Counted from the stretch's first letter, positions 1 to 8,355 are shown. The stretch is DNA of 33,307 nt from a virus (IMGVR_UViG_3300025168_018227:1-33307); one strand, 5' to 3'. Program-made: numbers and translations. Notes: generated from the letters alone by a model not told the origin.

Positions 1-600
1 CTACGGCCGTTTCGGTGGGCCAATACGGTCGTTCTCTGCCATTTTTCCCAGTGGCAGGGTGGGTATGCCCAGGGCCTCGTTTACCTGGCGCAGCTGGCAG
101 TGCAGGTTATAGCGTTCCGCATGGTCTGTAGCGTTGGCCAGCGCCTTGGCAATCGTGCGGCTCTGTTCCTGCAATATGAGTAAGTACTTGAATTTACCAG
201 TGTCCTTTATTCTATTCTTCACCTGCTCGATAGGCTGAACCTGGTTGGCCTGCTCCTGAAGCAAATGCCGAGCATGGGCTTCAGCCTTGATGAAGTAGTG
301 ACGAACGCGCCTACCAATGTCTGTTCGCTCCACCATCGCCAACTCCTTCGCCATGTCGAGAGTCAGCTGGTAATCGGTTGGAGCCCTGCCGTTAAGGGTT
401 TTACTCAGAATTGAGTAAAAGTCGATTCCCTCTATGAAACCGTATTCTTTGATCCGCCTGGATACCCAGTCGTTAAATCGGGTCTCAACTTGAAGGGCTT
501 TGTGCAGATCTCGCGCGTTGCAGTACTCCCCGTCAGCCCCCTTCCAGTGAAATATCTCCACGGGAGTGTTGAACGGGGTGCCAGTACTCGGCATGTTCAT
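1..600 (-). CDS. AntA/AntB-family phage antirepressor
   Basis: Motif NARDLHKALQV..RFNDWVSRRIKEYGF.EG.DF...DYQLTLDMAKELAMVER..IGRRVRHYFI typical of AntA/AntB; starts 1 nt after the integrase stop. Confidence 0.85.
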   Translation of the reverse strand: MNMPSTGTPFNTPVEIFHWKGADGEYCNARDLHKALQVETRFNDWVSRRIKEYGFIEGIDFYSILSKTLNGRAPTDYQLTLDMAKELAMVERTDIGRRVRHYFIKAEAHARHLLQEQANQVQPIEQVKNRIKDTGKFKYLLILQEQSRTIAKALANATDHAERYNLHCQLRQVNEALGIPTLPLGKMAENDRIGPPKRP

Positions 601-601
601 A

Positions 602-1843
602 TCAGGATGTCTCCTTCTTAATTGATTTCAGCGTCGATCTGCTCCGCTCCGGCGGAGTGATCAGCCGGTAGTGCCTGCGCATTGCCTCTGTCTGGTGGCC
701 ACCCTTGTTGTTCTCTCCCTGAGAAACAAACTCATCGGTCAGCCCCTTCTTTCTCAGATCCCTTAGCTGGTACCGGCCACCATACCCTGCATCTTTGCAG
801 GCCTGAGCCCAAGAGAGCTGCATGAACCGGTGCTTTACAGGTTGGTGGCGGCTGCGCATGTCGAAATAGGAGGGATAGACCATCAGGAAAGGGGAGATGA
901 TGCCCTGTTTGCGCTTGAACGTCCTGAACCAGTCCACCAGGTGGCGCAAGTCTTCGTTCATTTCCAGGATGATGGCCACGCCCGTTTTGTGCCTGGCAAA
1001 GTGGATCTCGCCCATTGGGCCCTGGTCATCGTGGATCTGGTCTTCACGCAGCCCGAAAACATCGATCGGCTGCTGGCTCATCATGTAGATCATGTCGCAG
1101 ATCTTCGCGCGCCAGGTGCCATCGTGGGTTTGGCGCTGTAGCTTGTGTTTGAGCAGGTGCGCTGAGATCTCGGCATAGGCATCATCTGGAATGAGTATTT
1201 CCCGTTTGGGCTCTGTTGCCTTCTTTACATCCGGTACCGGGTTTCTGTCGATCAGTCCGGCCTCGACGGCATTGCTGAAAACACGGGAAAGGGTATTTCG
1301 GAGTCCGTTATAGTGAACAGGCTTGGTATTCCAGGGGGAGAGTAAGCGGCGAACCTTTCTCAGGATAGCTGGGTCCGCCAAGGTGAAGTTGGAGTGTTCG
1401 CTGGCTTCCAGCTGCTGCGCGTCGTTCGCGTAATCCCGGCGAGTTGGTATGGCGATTGGCCGGCCACGGTTGCGGCCTCGCTCACTGAGAACGTGGCATT
1501 CAGCCCACTCCACCCGGCCATTTACCACGCGATGACCCAGAACTTCAGTGCGCCAGCGCGTCAAGTATTGCCGCATGGTTGTGCGGTTTGCCGACTGGTG
1601 GGGTCGGGCAACGGACATGTTGCCAGCCATCAGTTGTGCGTCAAAATCGGTGAATGATTGCTCCCACATTTGCTGGAGCATAGCCCAGCGACGAATGGCT
1701 ATTTGCCTGTCTCTGGTTTGGAGGCTGCCTTGCTTGCGGGTAACAGGATGGCGCACATGAAAACCGCCATCGCGGGAATTGATATATAGGCCAGGGTAGC
1801 GGGCAAGCCACTCCTGGCCGGGTTTTCTGCGTGGTGGGGCCAT
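602..1843 (-). CDS. int: Tyrosine recombinase (phage integrase, lambda-Int-like)
   Basis: N-terminal arm-binding-like segment (PGLY...FHVRHPVTRKQGSL); core LSRVFSNAVEAGLIDRNPV; catalytic-domain motifs HKTG, LRDLRKK, GH and HY. Box-I Arg position appears to be Gln. Confidence 0.85.
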   Translation of the reverse strand: MAPPRRKPGQEWLARYPGLYINSRDGGFHVRHPVTRKQGSLQTRDRQIAIRRWAMLQQMWEQSFTDFDAQLMAGNMSVARPHQSANRTTMRQYLTRWRTEVLGHRVVNGRVEWAECHVLSERGRNRGRPIAIPTRRDYANDAQQLEASEHSNFTLADPAILRKVRRLLSPWNTKPVHYNGLRNTLSRVFSNAVEAGLIDRNPVPDVKKATEPKREILIPDDAYAEISAHLLKHKLQRQTHDGTWRAKICDMIYMMSQQPIDVFGLREDQIHDDQGPMGEIHFARHKTGVAIILEMNEDLRHLVDWFRTFKRKQGIISPFLMVYPSYFDMRSRHQPVKHRFMQLSWAQACKDAGYGGRYQLRDLRKKGLTDEFVSQGENNKGGHQTEAMRRHYRLITPPERSRSTLKSIKKETS

Positions 1844-1844
1844 A

Positions 1845-2123
1845 TTATTGCAACTGCTCTGCCAGATCCTGAAGTAATCCTAGCTCCTGGGGGCTCTCGG
1901 GCAAACCCCGGATTCGCCGTTCCATGGTTTCGAAGTAGGTGTCCAGATCGATGCGCCAGCGCCGGCCATCGCGGAACGCGCCCGGGATTTCCGGGCAGCG
2001 CCTGCGAATGGTGGCCAGCGAGGGCGGGTCGTTGTCGTCACAATAGACCACTTCAATGAAGGTCTGTATTGAGACCGGTCTCACTGGGTTGCTGCCTCCC
2101 GCCGAACCTGCCGGCTTTGCCAA
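1845..2123 (-). CDS. Excisionase / recombination directionality factor-like protein
   Basis: Directly upstream of int; PPSLATIRRR...DGRRWRID resembles lambda-Xis-type winged helix. Confidence 0.65.
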   Translation of the reverse strand: MAKPAGSAGGSNPVRPVSIQTFIEVVYCDDNDPPSLATIRRRCPEIPGAFRDGRRWRIDLDTYFETMERRIRGLPESPQELGLLQDLAEQLQ

Positions 2124-2371
2124 CGTTGAAAGTGTGCCTTGATCTGCCTGAACTTCGTGGCCGCGCGGACGTTATGATCCAGTTCTGCCCGGCTGCTGAT
2201 CTGGCAGGCGGTGGTGATCAAGTCTCTGGCATCCTCCTCAGTGTGGGTGCCATCAGGGATATTCACGTTGCCTTTCACGCTTTGAGCGCGATCCAGGTAG
2301 CGCCGGAAGTCCGGATCTTGGCAGAGCATAGCGGCAGATCGAGCAAGGTGGCCGCCTTTCAGTTCAGACAT
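2081..2371 (-). CDS. Conserved phage hypothetical protein (96 aa, start MSELKGG)
   Basis: AGGAGG RBS before ATG at 2371; AAMLCQDPDFRRYL...C.I.SRAELDH pattern recalled from phage early genes. Confidence 0.6.
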   Translation of the reverse strand: MSELKGGHLARSAAMLCQDPDFRRYLDRAQSVKGNVNIPDGTHTEEDARDLITTACQISSRAELDHNVRAATKFRQIKAHFQRWQSRQVRREAATQ

Positions 2372-2687
2372 CAGATCCTCCTGCCTCCAATCCTTGCTTC
2401 CCCGGTACAACCAGCCGGTCAAAAACATGCAGTGCATCTACGCCTCTAGCCTCAGTGCCGTCCTCAAACTGAATGTATGCCTCGCGCTCATGACCATGGC
2501 CGCAACATGCATTGGACACTCCCGGCAAAGTGCCTAAGCATCCATCATGGCCTACCGGGGTTCTTATCTTTCCACAAGCGCCGCAAGGCCTGACGCTATC
2601 GACGGTCTTTATGTGGTTGTCGTTGTATCGCCAGCACTTCCCGTCCCAATAGATTGGCCAGCCTCTCAAGTGGTTTGATTCAATCAC
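2364..2687 (-). CDS. Cys/His-rich hypothetical protein (possible metal binding)
   Basis: CGAC...GHDGCLG.LPGV.NACCGHGH; overlaps its neighbours in operon fashion. Confidence 0.6.
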   Translation of the reverse strand: MIESNHLRGWPIYWDGKCWRYNDNHIKTVDSVRPCGACGKIRTPVGHDGCLGTLPGVSNACCGHGHEREAYIQFEDGTEARGVDALHVFDRLVVPGKQGLEAGGSDV

Positions 2688-2907
2688 CTCGGGCCTCCAG
2701 GTTTCTCAATGCCCGGCGGGCGTGTTTGGCTGCGAGCTTGCGCAGGGTTTTGTGTTCTTCCCGGTTGCAGCCTGAAATGCACCACCAGTTGAAAATCGCG
2801 GCCACGCGGTCCAGGCAATCAACCGGGCGGCGTTCGGCGCTGTTACCGAGATTGATATCTGCTTCGGCTACGGATTGGTTGAACTCAGAGGGGCGCCTGA
2901 TGCTCAT
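2680..2907 (-). CDS. Hypothetical phage protein
   Basis: ATGA overlap with upstream gene; fits the early operon. Confidence 0.55.
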   Translation of the reverse strand: MSIRRPSEFNQSVAEADINLGNSAERRPVDCLDRVAAIFNWWCISGCNREEHKTLRKLAAKHARRALRNLEARGD

Positions 2908-3281
2908 GCTGCCTTCTCCTTGATCTCAACTTCGATCCGCTTGTTCATGGCGATCAGGTGGTCCAGGTAACGAACGAAAACGTCAATTTCCTGCATTCGC
3001 TCATCGTAGCTTTCGTGGCATTCGGTCAAACTCTGCCAGTCGTAGAAATCAAATTTCATGTTCAGCCTTCCCAGAGATTCAGGCCGCTCAAACCCTTCCT
3101 TATGAACGGTGTTTGCCGGCAGGATATCGATGCCCATTAAATCTACGTGCGCATGCATGTAGTACATTGCCTGCACGAGCTTGCGGCGATTCAGGATCAT
3201 GCACTGGAGAGCGATTTCCTCTGCAGCCAGGTACAGGTTTTCAATCATTTCTTCTTTCGTTAGCGTCAGCTTTGTCATCAT
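2904..3281 (-). CDS. Hypothetical phage protein
   Basis: AAGGA RBS; tightly packed in the early operon. Confidence 0.6.
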   Translation of the reverse strand: MMTKLTLTKEEMIENLYLAAEEIALQCMILNRRKLVQAMYYMHAHVDLMGIDILPANTVHKEGFERPESLGRLNMKFDFYDWQSLTECHESYDERMQEIDVFVRYLDHLIAMNKRIEVEIKEKAA

Positions 3282-3288
3282 TATTTCC

Positions 3289-3510
3289 TTACTTTCCGAA
3301 GGATTTATTGTGGTGTTCCAGTACCTGCTGGCAGTCCACGCATGTGGCGCAGCCGGGCAGGGCTTCCCGCCGTTTAGCGGGGATTTCTTCGCCGCACTCC
3401 AGGCAGTAGGGCTCTTCGTTTGCTGGGGCTACCTGGTTGCGCTGTTTCTCCAGCGCGTGCTCGAGGGACTTTTCGATGTAGTCCCCAGCGATATCTGCTT
3501 TATCGGCCAT
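3289..3510 (-). CDS. DksA/TraR C4 zinc-finger protein (P2 Orf82-like)
   Basis: MADKADIA...CLECGEEIP..RREALPGCATCVDCQ. Confidence 0.9.
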   Translation of the reverse strand: MADKADIAGDYIEKSLEHALEKQRNQVAPANEEPYCLECGEEIPAKRREALPGCATCVDCQQVLEHHNKSFGK

Positions 3511-4078
3511 CTCGAAGTGCCTCCGTGGCGTCTGGGTTCAGGTCCATAGAAGGAATCAAGCGAACGGATCCGGCTTTTACGCAGGCCTGGGCTTGTTCCG
3601 GTGAATCGAAAATCACCACCATGGCCACGCGGTGGTGGCAGCGGCCGTGCTCTTCATTGATCACCGTCAGTTCGCCAAGGTCGTGTACGCGGCCAGTTGG
3701 TGTCTGGTTAGAATTGTTGCTCATGTTTTTCTCCGTTATGGGTTCTGAAGGAGCGATAAGCGGGTGTGCGCAAATTTCAAGTTCCTGGCGAGATTTCTTC
3801 TCGCTTTGCCTTTCTGCTTCGGAGGATAGGCAGCTTTTTTCAAAACGGGATTTGATGATTGCCAGCCCTTTTTCCGTGATCAGAGTTTTGGTGTAGGGCG
3901 TTGGCCCGTTGATCGGGTGCGCGTAAGTGCCGGTTTTCACCGCGAAGATGCCCTTGCCCCTGTAAGGGCCTGAAGGCATGTTCCGACGGTCCAGAATCTT
4001 CATCTCCCGAAGCGATCGGGTGAGGCAGTTTCTTCCCATATCCAGCACAGCGGCGGCTTGGTCGAATGTGTAGTCCAC
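3500..4078 (-). CDS. KilAC (ANT) domain antirepressor with C-terminal extension; GTG start at 4078
   Basis: AA.VL.MGRN.L...LR...IL...N.P...Y...G.F.VK.G.Y......YTKTLIT.KG is the KilAC pattern; AAGGAGG RBS precedes the GTG. Confidence 0.75.
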   Translation of the reverse strand: MDYTFDQAAAVLDMGRNCLTRSLREMKILDRRNMPSGPYRGKGIFAVKTGTYAHPINGPTPYTKTLITEKGLAIIKSRFEKSCLSSEAERQSEKKSRQELEICAHPLIAPSEPITEKNMSNNSNQTPTGRVHDLGELTVINEEHGRCHHRVAMVVIFDSPEQAQACVKAGSVRLIPSMDLNPDATEALRDGR

Positions 4079-4091
4079 GGCGTATTCCTCC

Positions 4092-6797
4092 TTACAGCTC
4101 TTTCTCAAAAATCCAGCAACGCACCGACTTGGCGGCCACTACATTGGCGTCCATCCGGAGCCTGGAATTGACGGTGCGGCTGGGTTCGACGAACTTGCGG
4201 CCGCGTGATGTTTTGAGGTGGCGCTTCAGTTCGCTGATGGGTGGTATGCGCAGCTTGTTCTCTGCACACACGTGCTCGAAGTGCTTCAGGTTGACGGCGA
4301 TCAGTTGGCCATCGATGCCGTAGTGGTTCAGGGTTGGCGTTCCGCTCAGGCCCTCGATGTAATCGAATGCTTCCCAGAACTCCTGAACCATGGGGTGGTC
4401 TGCATTAACGGCACTCTGGCGTTCTTGCGCCATCTTCTGGACAAGCTCCCGGGCTGGCTCCAGGAAGGATTCGGGCAGTAGCTTCAAGCCTTCCGGGCCA
4501 AGGCCATCCACCAGGGCCATCATCTGGCCGTGATTTTTTGCGATCCGGTGAATGCGGATGTCGGGAAGTTCAGCAAGGGCGCGCTCGTAGGTCGGAGCCC
4601 TGTCTTTAACCAGGCGCATGATCTTGCTTTCGTTGGTGGTGGCCTGCAGCACGAACCCGCTCACTGTTTCCATGGGCGTACGTTCGAGCCGTTCAGCCAA
4701 GGCCTTGGTGATCTCGCTGTGCCCTTCGCGGGTTATCTTCAGGTGCACTATCCGCTGCAGAACTGCGTCACTTGCGTTCACATCTGCGTTCTGGCTGATT
4801 ACGATCGCGCCACGAAACGGAGGCTCGTAGGTGTCGTTGCCGCCGTTTTTCTGGCCCCGGCTACGAACACTCCGGCCGTTGTAAGCGGTTTTCAGCTCGT
4901 CCCAGTCGAACTGCCGTTGTTTGGATCCGGAATCCTGGTCGCGATCGGACTCGATTAACACCACAGGCAGGTTCGATACCTGGGCAAAGTTGCGCGCCCG
5001 CGCGGCAAGGGTGGCTTTGCTGGGGTCAAAGCCTTCGTAATCCTGACGCCCGACCAGCTTCCAGAGGAATTCGATCAGCGTTGATTTACCGGAACCCGCT
5101 TCACCAACGATTTCCACAAACGGAAACGACTTGTGTTCCTTCCGGATCTGCTCGGCAAACAGCGTGCCCAGCCAGAAGGCGAGGGCAACAATGCCTTTCG
5201 GCCCGAAACAGTTGGCCAAGTCCTGAGCCCAGCCGCGCTGATAGTCCGCTGCGTTCTTGTTGATATTCAGCGACACCGATTCCGACAGCGTTTTAACGCT
5301 CATACGGCCGATGTCGTAATAGTCTTCGTTGTTTAGCTCGTGGGTTTGCCCCGCGTGTACAGCAAGCTCCGGGAATACCCAGGTTTCGTGCTCCTTGCTG
5401 TAACCAATGAAATCGATGGTTTCGACGGTTTTAATACCGCTGATTTGCTGTTTCAGCAGGCGGTCGAGCTGCTGGCTGCTGCCAGTCCAAACCGCACCTG
5501 GTGCAATACCCAGCAACCGCTTTTTAAATTCAGATGCGCTGGCCAGCTGGCCGCCACTGAACGTGTTCTTTACCGGGCGCCCATCGTGGGGAAAATCCAC
5601 ACGGTAGTAGTACCAGCTTTCATCCGTGATCTTGTTTGCCAGGTAATACAGGGCGGTGGGGTAGCAGTTGGCGATCTCGACCACGGCGTTGCACTGTTCC
5701 AGGGCCTTGGCAACGATCTGTTTATCCGTCAGCGGTTCGTCGCTCTCTTCCAGATCGCTCATCGCCTTGTGAAACTCGTCCATGTTCAACCGAAACCAGA
5801 ACAAGCGGTTGTTGAACCCGAACGGGAATTCCTTACGGCTGGTGTGCATATAGATGCGGTTGGCCTTCTCGCCAGCGCTGCGCGCAATAACCAAGTCGCC
5901 CTGGTACAAGAACTCTTCGGTAGTCGGCTCGCCGTGTTCGTTGATCAGCTCACCGCGCTGCCAGGCATCGTTCCAATCCCGTTTGTGTTTGCCCTCCTGG
6001 GGGATGATGGCGGCACCGACTCGCCAGCCTTCTGAACGAGCGATGTTGGCGAACTTGCGGATGTACTTAACGCCGGCATTGTCGCCGTCCATGGCCCAGA
6101 TGATGCGCGGGGTGTTTTCACCGGCCTCTTCGCGGGCTTTCTGTAGCTCGTCCAGAAACCGCTCTGGGTAGTTGTTGCAACTGAAAGCCGCAACCGCCGG
6201 AATGCCTGAGTGGTAGAGCGAAATCGCGTCGAATATGCCTTCTACAACCCACAACTCTTTGCCCTGTGAGAGATCAAGCCCGGGTGGTACCCACGCCTGC
6301 CCCTTGAAGTTGGCGCCTCGGTTGAAATGGGCCTTTTTCTTGCCGAACCGCTGGGGCTTGTCGATCAGGCGCTCCCAGTAGTCCCGATCGTTGATAGCAA
6401 AACGCACCGTGGCACTGCTGATGTTGCGCTCGTAATCCCAGTAGGTTTCCTGTTTGTACCAGCCTTTGACCATGGCCAGGTCAAAGCCGCGACCGTGGGC
6501 CATGTAGGCGTCGGCCACTTCGGTACCGGTAGCTTTTTCACCGGGCTTCAGGTCTTTGCGGGCGTAGCGCTCTGTCCAGCTGTCGAACAAGTCCGGAAAC
6601 AGCTCCTTCACGTGGTGCTGATCACCGCACTTGCTCTCGCGGCCGCACTTAACCATCCATGGGCTCTCTGTGCCCACGAAGGCCTCGCGCTTACCGCAGG
6701 ACGGGCAGCGAAGGCGGCGCAGGAATGCGCCACGTTCTACACCGTCAAAGTCGCTTTGGAGCCTGAGCAGGATGTCGGCCCGTAGTTGGTCTTGCAT
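4092..6797 (-). CDS. Replication protein: Zn-finger + TOPRIM primase + P-loop helicase (P4-alpha-like)
   Basis: CPSC...C..C finger; TOPRIM VVEGIFDA and MDGDNAG; Walker A GEAGSGKST; Walker B-like VVLIESD; 901 aa. Confidence 0.88.
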   Translation of the reverse strand: MQDQLRADILLRLQSDFDGVERGAFLRRLRCPSCGKREAFVGTESPWMVKCGRESKCGDQHHVKELFPDLFDSWTERYARKDLKPGEKATGTEVADAYMAHGRGFDLAMVKGWYKQETYWDYERNISSATVRFAINDRDYWERLIDKPQRFGKKKAHFNRGANFKGQAWVPPGLDLSQGKELWVVEGIFDAISLYHSGIPAVAAFSCNNYPERFLDELQKAREEAGENTPRIIWAMDGDNAGVKYIRKFANIARSEGWRVGAAIIPQEGKHKRDWNDAWQRGELINEHGEPTTEEFLYQGDLVIARSAGEKANRIYMHTSRKEFPFGFNNRLFWFRLNMDEFHKAMSDLEESDEPLTDKQIVAKALEQCNAVVEIANCYPTALYYLANKITDESWYYYRVDFPHDGRPVKNTFSGGQLASASEFKKRLLGIAPGAVWTGSSQQLDRLLKQQISGIKTVETIDFIGYSKEHETWVFPELAVHAGQTHELNNEDYYDIGRMSVKTLSESVSLNINKNAADYQRGWAQDLANCFGPKGIVALAFWLGTLFAEQIRKEHKSFPFVEIVGEAGSGKSTLIEFLWKLVGRQDYEGFDPSKATLAARARNFAQVSNLPVVLIESDRDQDSGSKQRQFDWDELKTAYNGRSVRSRGQKNGGNDTYEPPFRGAIVISQNADVNASDAVLQRIVHLKITREGHSEITKALAERLERTPMETVSGFVLQATTNESKIMRLVKDRAPTYERALAELPDIRIHRIAKNHGQMMALVDGLGPEGLKLLPESFLEPARELVQKMAQERQSAVNADHPMVQEFWEAFDYIEGLSGTPTLNHYGIDGQLIAVNLKHFEHVCAENKLRIPPISELKRHLKTSRGRKFVEPSRTVNSRLRMDANVVAAKSVRCWIFEKEL

Positions 6798-6812
6798 TCG
6801 GAAAGCTCCGGA

Positions 6813-7151
6813 TCAGGCGTTGATGGCGATTGGTTTTACTGCCTGGTCACGCAGCTGCAGTAATTCGCGAACAGAAAAAATTGAGGTGCGCCCGGTGGCT
6901 GTGTCGTGAATCACCACGGAATTACCGGTTGTATGGCTCACATCGATGTAAGCGCTCTTGGCGCCTGCGGCTTCCAGGTCATACCAGGCGGCTGTCACTT
7001 TCAGCACCGCACGGCGGCGGGAGCAGCCGAACTCTTCCATCAGGCTGTCTGTGGTCATTTCGACGCTTTCGGCAGCGCTGGTGTTGCTTTTGCGCAAAGC
7101 GATCAGCTGTGAGTAGGCGGCGTCAGTCATGTTTTTTTGAATGGCGTTCAT
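6813..7151 (-). CDS. Hypothetical phage protein
   Basis: Overlap with upstream stop; located between activator and primase. Confidence 0.6.
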   Translation of the reverse strand: MNAIQKNMTDAAYSQLIALRKSNTSAAESVEMTTDSLMEEFGCSRRRAVLKVTAAWYDLEAAGAKSAYIDVSHTTGNSVVIHDTATGRTSIFSVRELLQLRDQAVKPIAINA

Positions 7152-7678
7152 TTCACGGTGTCCTTCTTTTTGAGTGAGAACCTTTCATGGGCCAGCTGCA
7201 TTTCCTGCTGGCATTGCTCGCGCACTTCCGGCGCAAGCGGTATTTCCCGGACATTGCCTTCTGGATCCAGAGAGAGGCGATCGGTGTGCGTCAGGAACAC
7301 CACGCCTTTGTATCCACAGTGTTCGGTGTCCTGGCAGAACACGTAGAGCTGTCGTTGTGCTGAAATCATCTGAACGCTGGTGCGAACACGGCACACGCCA
7401 ACGCAGTGCGGGCAAAGAATCTTGAGGAACGAATTTCGAACGCCGGCTTGCAGCTTCTGCTGGCTGTCCGGGTCAGGCGCTTTCGGGTTCATTGCCTGGA
7501 GCACTGGCCCGTAAGAAACCTCAACGGATCCGCGATACCCGCATTCAATGTTTCGGCACTGAACAAACGCGTCTTTTCCTTTTTGCTGAATGCTCCTGCT
7601 TGACTGGATCGAGCAGGACTCACCGCATGCAGGGCAACTGATCGTCAGGTAGTTGCGGGTGATTTGATTGAGCTTCAC
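7148..7678 (-). CDS. Ogr/Delta-family late transcription activator with two tandem Zn-finger domains; GTG start at 7678
   Basis: Two copies of CPxC-x22-C-x4/5-CG (CPACG...QCRNIECG; CPHC...FCQDTEHCG); AGGAGG RBS and GTGA overlap with upstream stop. Confidence 0.85.
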   Translation of the reverse strand: MKLNQITRNYLTISCPACGESCSIQSSRSIQQKGKDAFVQCRNIECGYRGSVEVSYGPVLQAMNPKAPDPDSQQKLQAGVRNSFLKILCPHCVGVCRVRTSVQMISAQRQLYVFCQDTEHCGYKGVVFLTHTDRLSLDPEGNVREIPLAPEVREQCQQEMQLAHERFSLKKKDTVK

Positions 7679-7863
7679 TTTCGCGGCCCTCCTACGGCGT
7701 GAAGTGCCCGGTTTCTGCCGGTTAATTTCAGGCTGGCGCCTCGCATGCGTTGTTTGATTAGCCATTCAGCAGCCTGATCATTTGTGTTCAAGCCTTGCTG
7801 TTTCCGGATCGTGTCCAGTAGCTGTTCCTGTTCTTCCGTTAGTTCCAGGGTTATTTCCGGCAT
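7675..7863 (-). CDS. Small ribbon-helix-helix-like protein
   Basis: ITLELT beta strand followed by two helices separated by G (QQG). Confidence 0.55.
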   Translation of the reverse strand: MPEITLELTEEQEQLLDTIRKQQGLNTNDQAAEWLIKQRMRGASLKLTGRNRALHAVGGPRK

Positions 7864-7875
7864 CTTTTGAGGGCC

Positions 7876-8097
7876 TCAAATGGTGCGAATGTGGGCCTCG
7901 GAAAGTGGCGCACCACCGGCCATGCTTGAAGTTGTGGGCAAGAGCGCAGCCTCAGCCTGGGCGATCAGCATCTGCCGAAGCAGGCTGGCTCGATCTGTGC
8001 CGGTGTAATCCACCAGGGCGTTGATCACGGCGGCCTCGTAATCGTCCAGATTGAGGCTTACACGGTGTTTGCGGATTCGTTTCGGGTCCTGATACAT
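7876..8097 (-). CDS. Small ribbon-helix-helix-like phage protein
   Basis: MYQDPKRIRKHRVSLNLDDYE..INAL..YTG..RASLLRQM; AAGGAG RBS. Confidence 0.65.
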   Translation of the reverse strand: MYQDPKRIRKHRVSLNLDDYEAAVINALVDYTGTDRASLLRQMLIAQAEAALLPTTSSMAGGAPLSEAHIRTI

Positions 8098-8117
8098 CGG
8101 GCTACTCCTTCAGGGCG

Positions 8118-8321
8118 TCAGGCAGATTGCTTGCGCTGGTATTCGGTAAGGCCTTGCAGGAAGAAGATGCGGGCTTGGGATGCCATAGAGCGACCCTCTG
8201 CCAGAGCGGCCTGTTCGAGGGCGCCGCGCTCTTCAGTTAGTAGGCGAAGCGCGATGGGCTTCGCAGTTAGCACACCCACCGGGGCGCGGTGGCTGGAGTT
8301 GGGTTTTTTTGCACCGTTCAT
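8118..8321 (-). CDS. First early gene, Arc/RHH-like regulator (Cro/Cox position)
   Basis: Divergent from cI; IALRL..EER..LEQAA..EGRSMASQAR is an Arc-like pattern; GAGGA RBS. Confidence 0.65.
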   Translation of the reverse strand: MNGAKKPNSSHRAPVGVLTAKPIALRLLTEERGALEQAALAEGRSMASQARIFFLQGLTEYQRKQSA

Positions 8322-8330
8322 GGTGTATCC

Positions 8331-8355
8331 TCTGTGTAACGCTGAATTACACAGA
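8331..8355. promoter_or_regulatory. Perfect 9-bp inverted repeat TCTGTGTAA-N7-TTACACAGA (operator or leader hairpin) in the lysis/lysogeny switch region
   Basis: Seen directly, about 10 nt upstream of the 8321 start and abutting its RBS. Confidence 0.6.

Noticed and set aside
5340-6035. 231-aa plus-strand ORF
   Set aside because: Antisense shadow of the primase/helicase; no recognisable motif
8331-8355. Palindrome as a fourth late-activator site
   Set aside because: TGT/ACA spacings are 11 or 15 when symmetric, and it lacks the TTGT/ACAA ends of the three late sites
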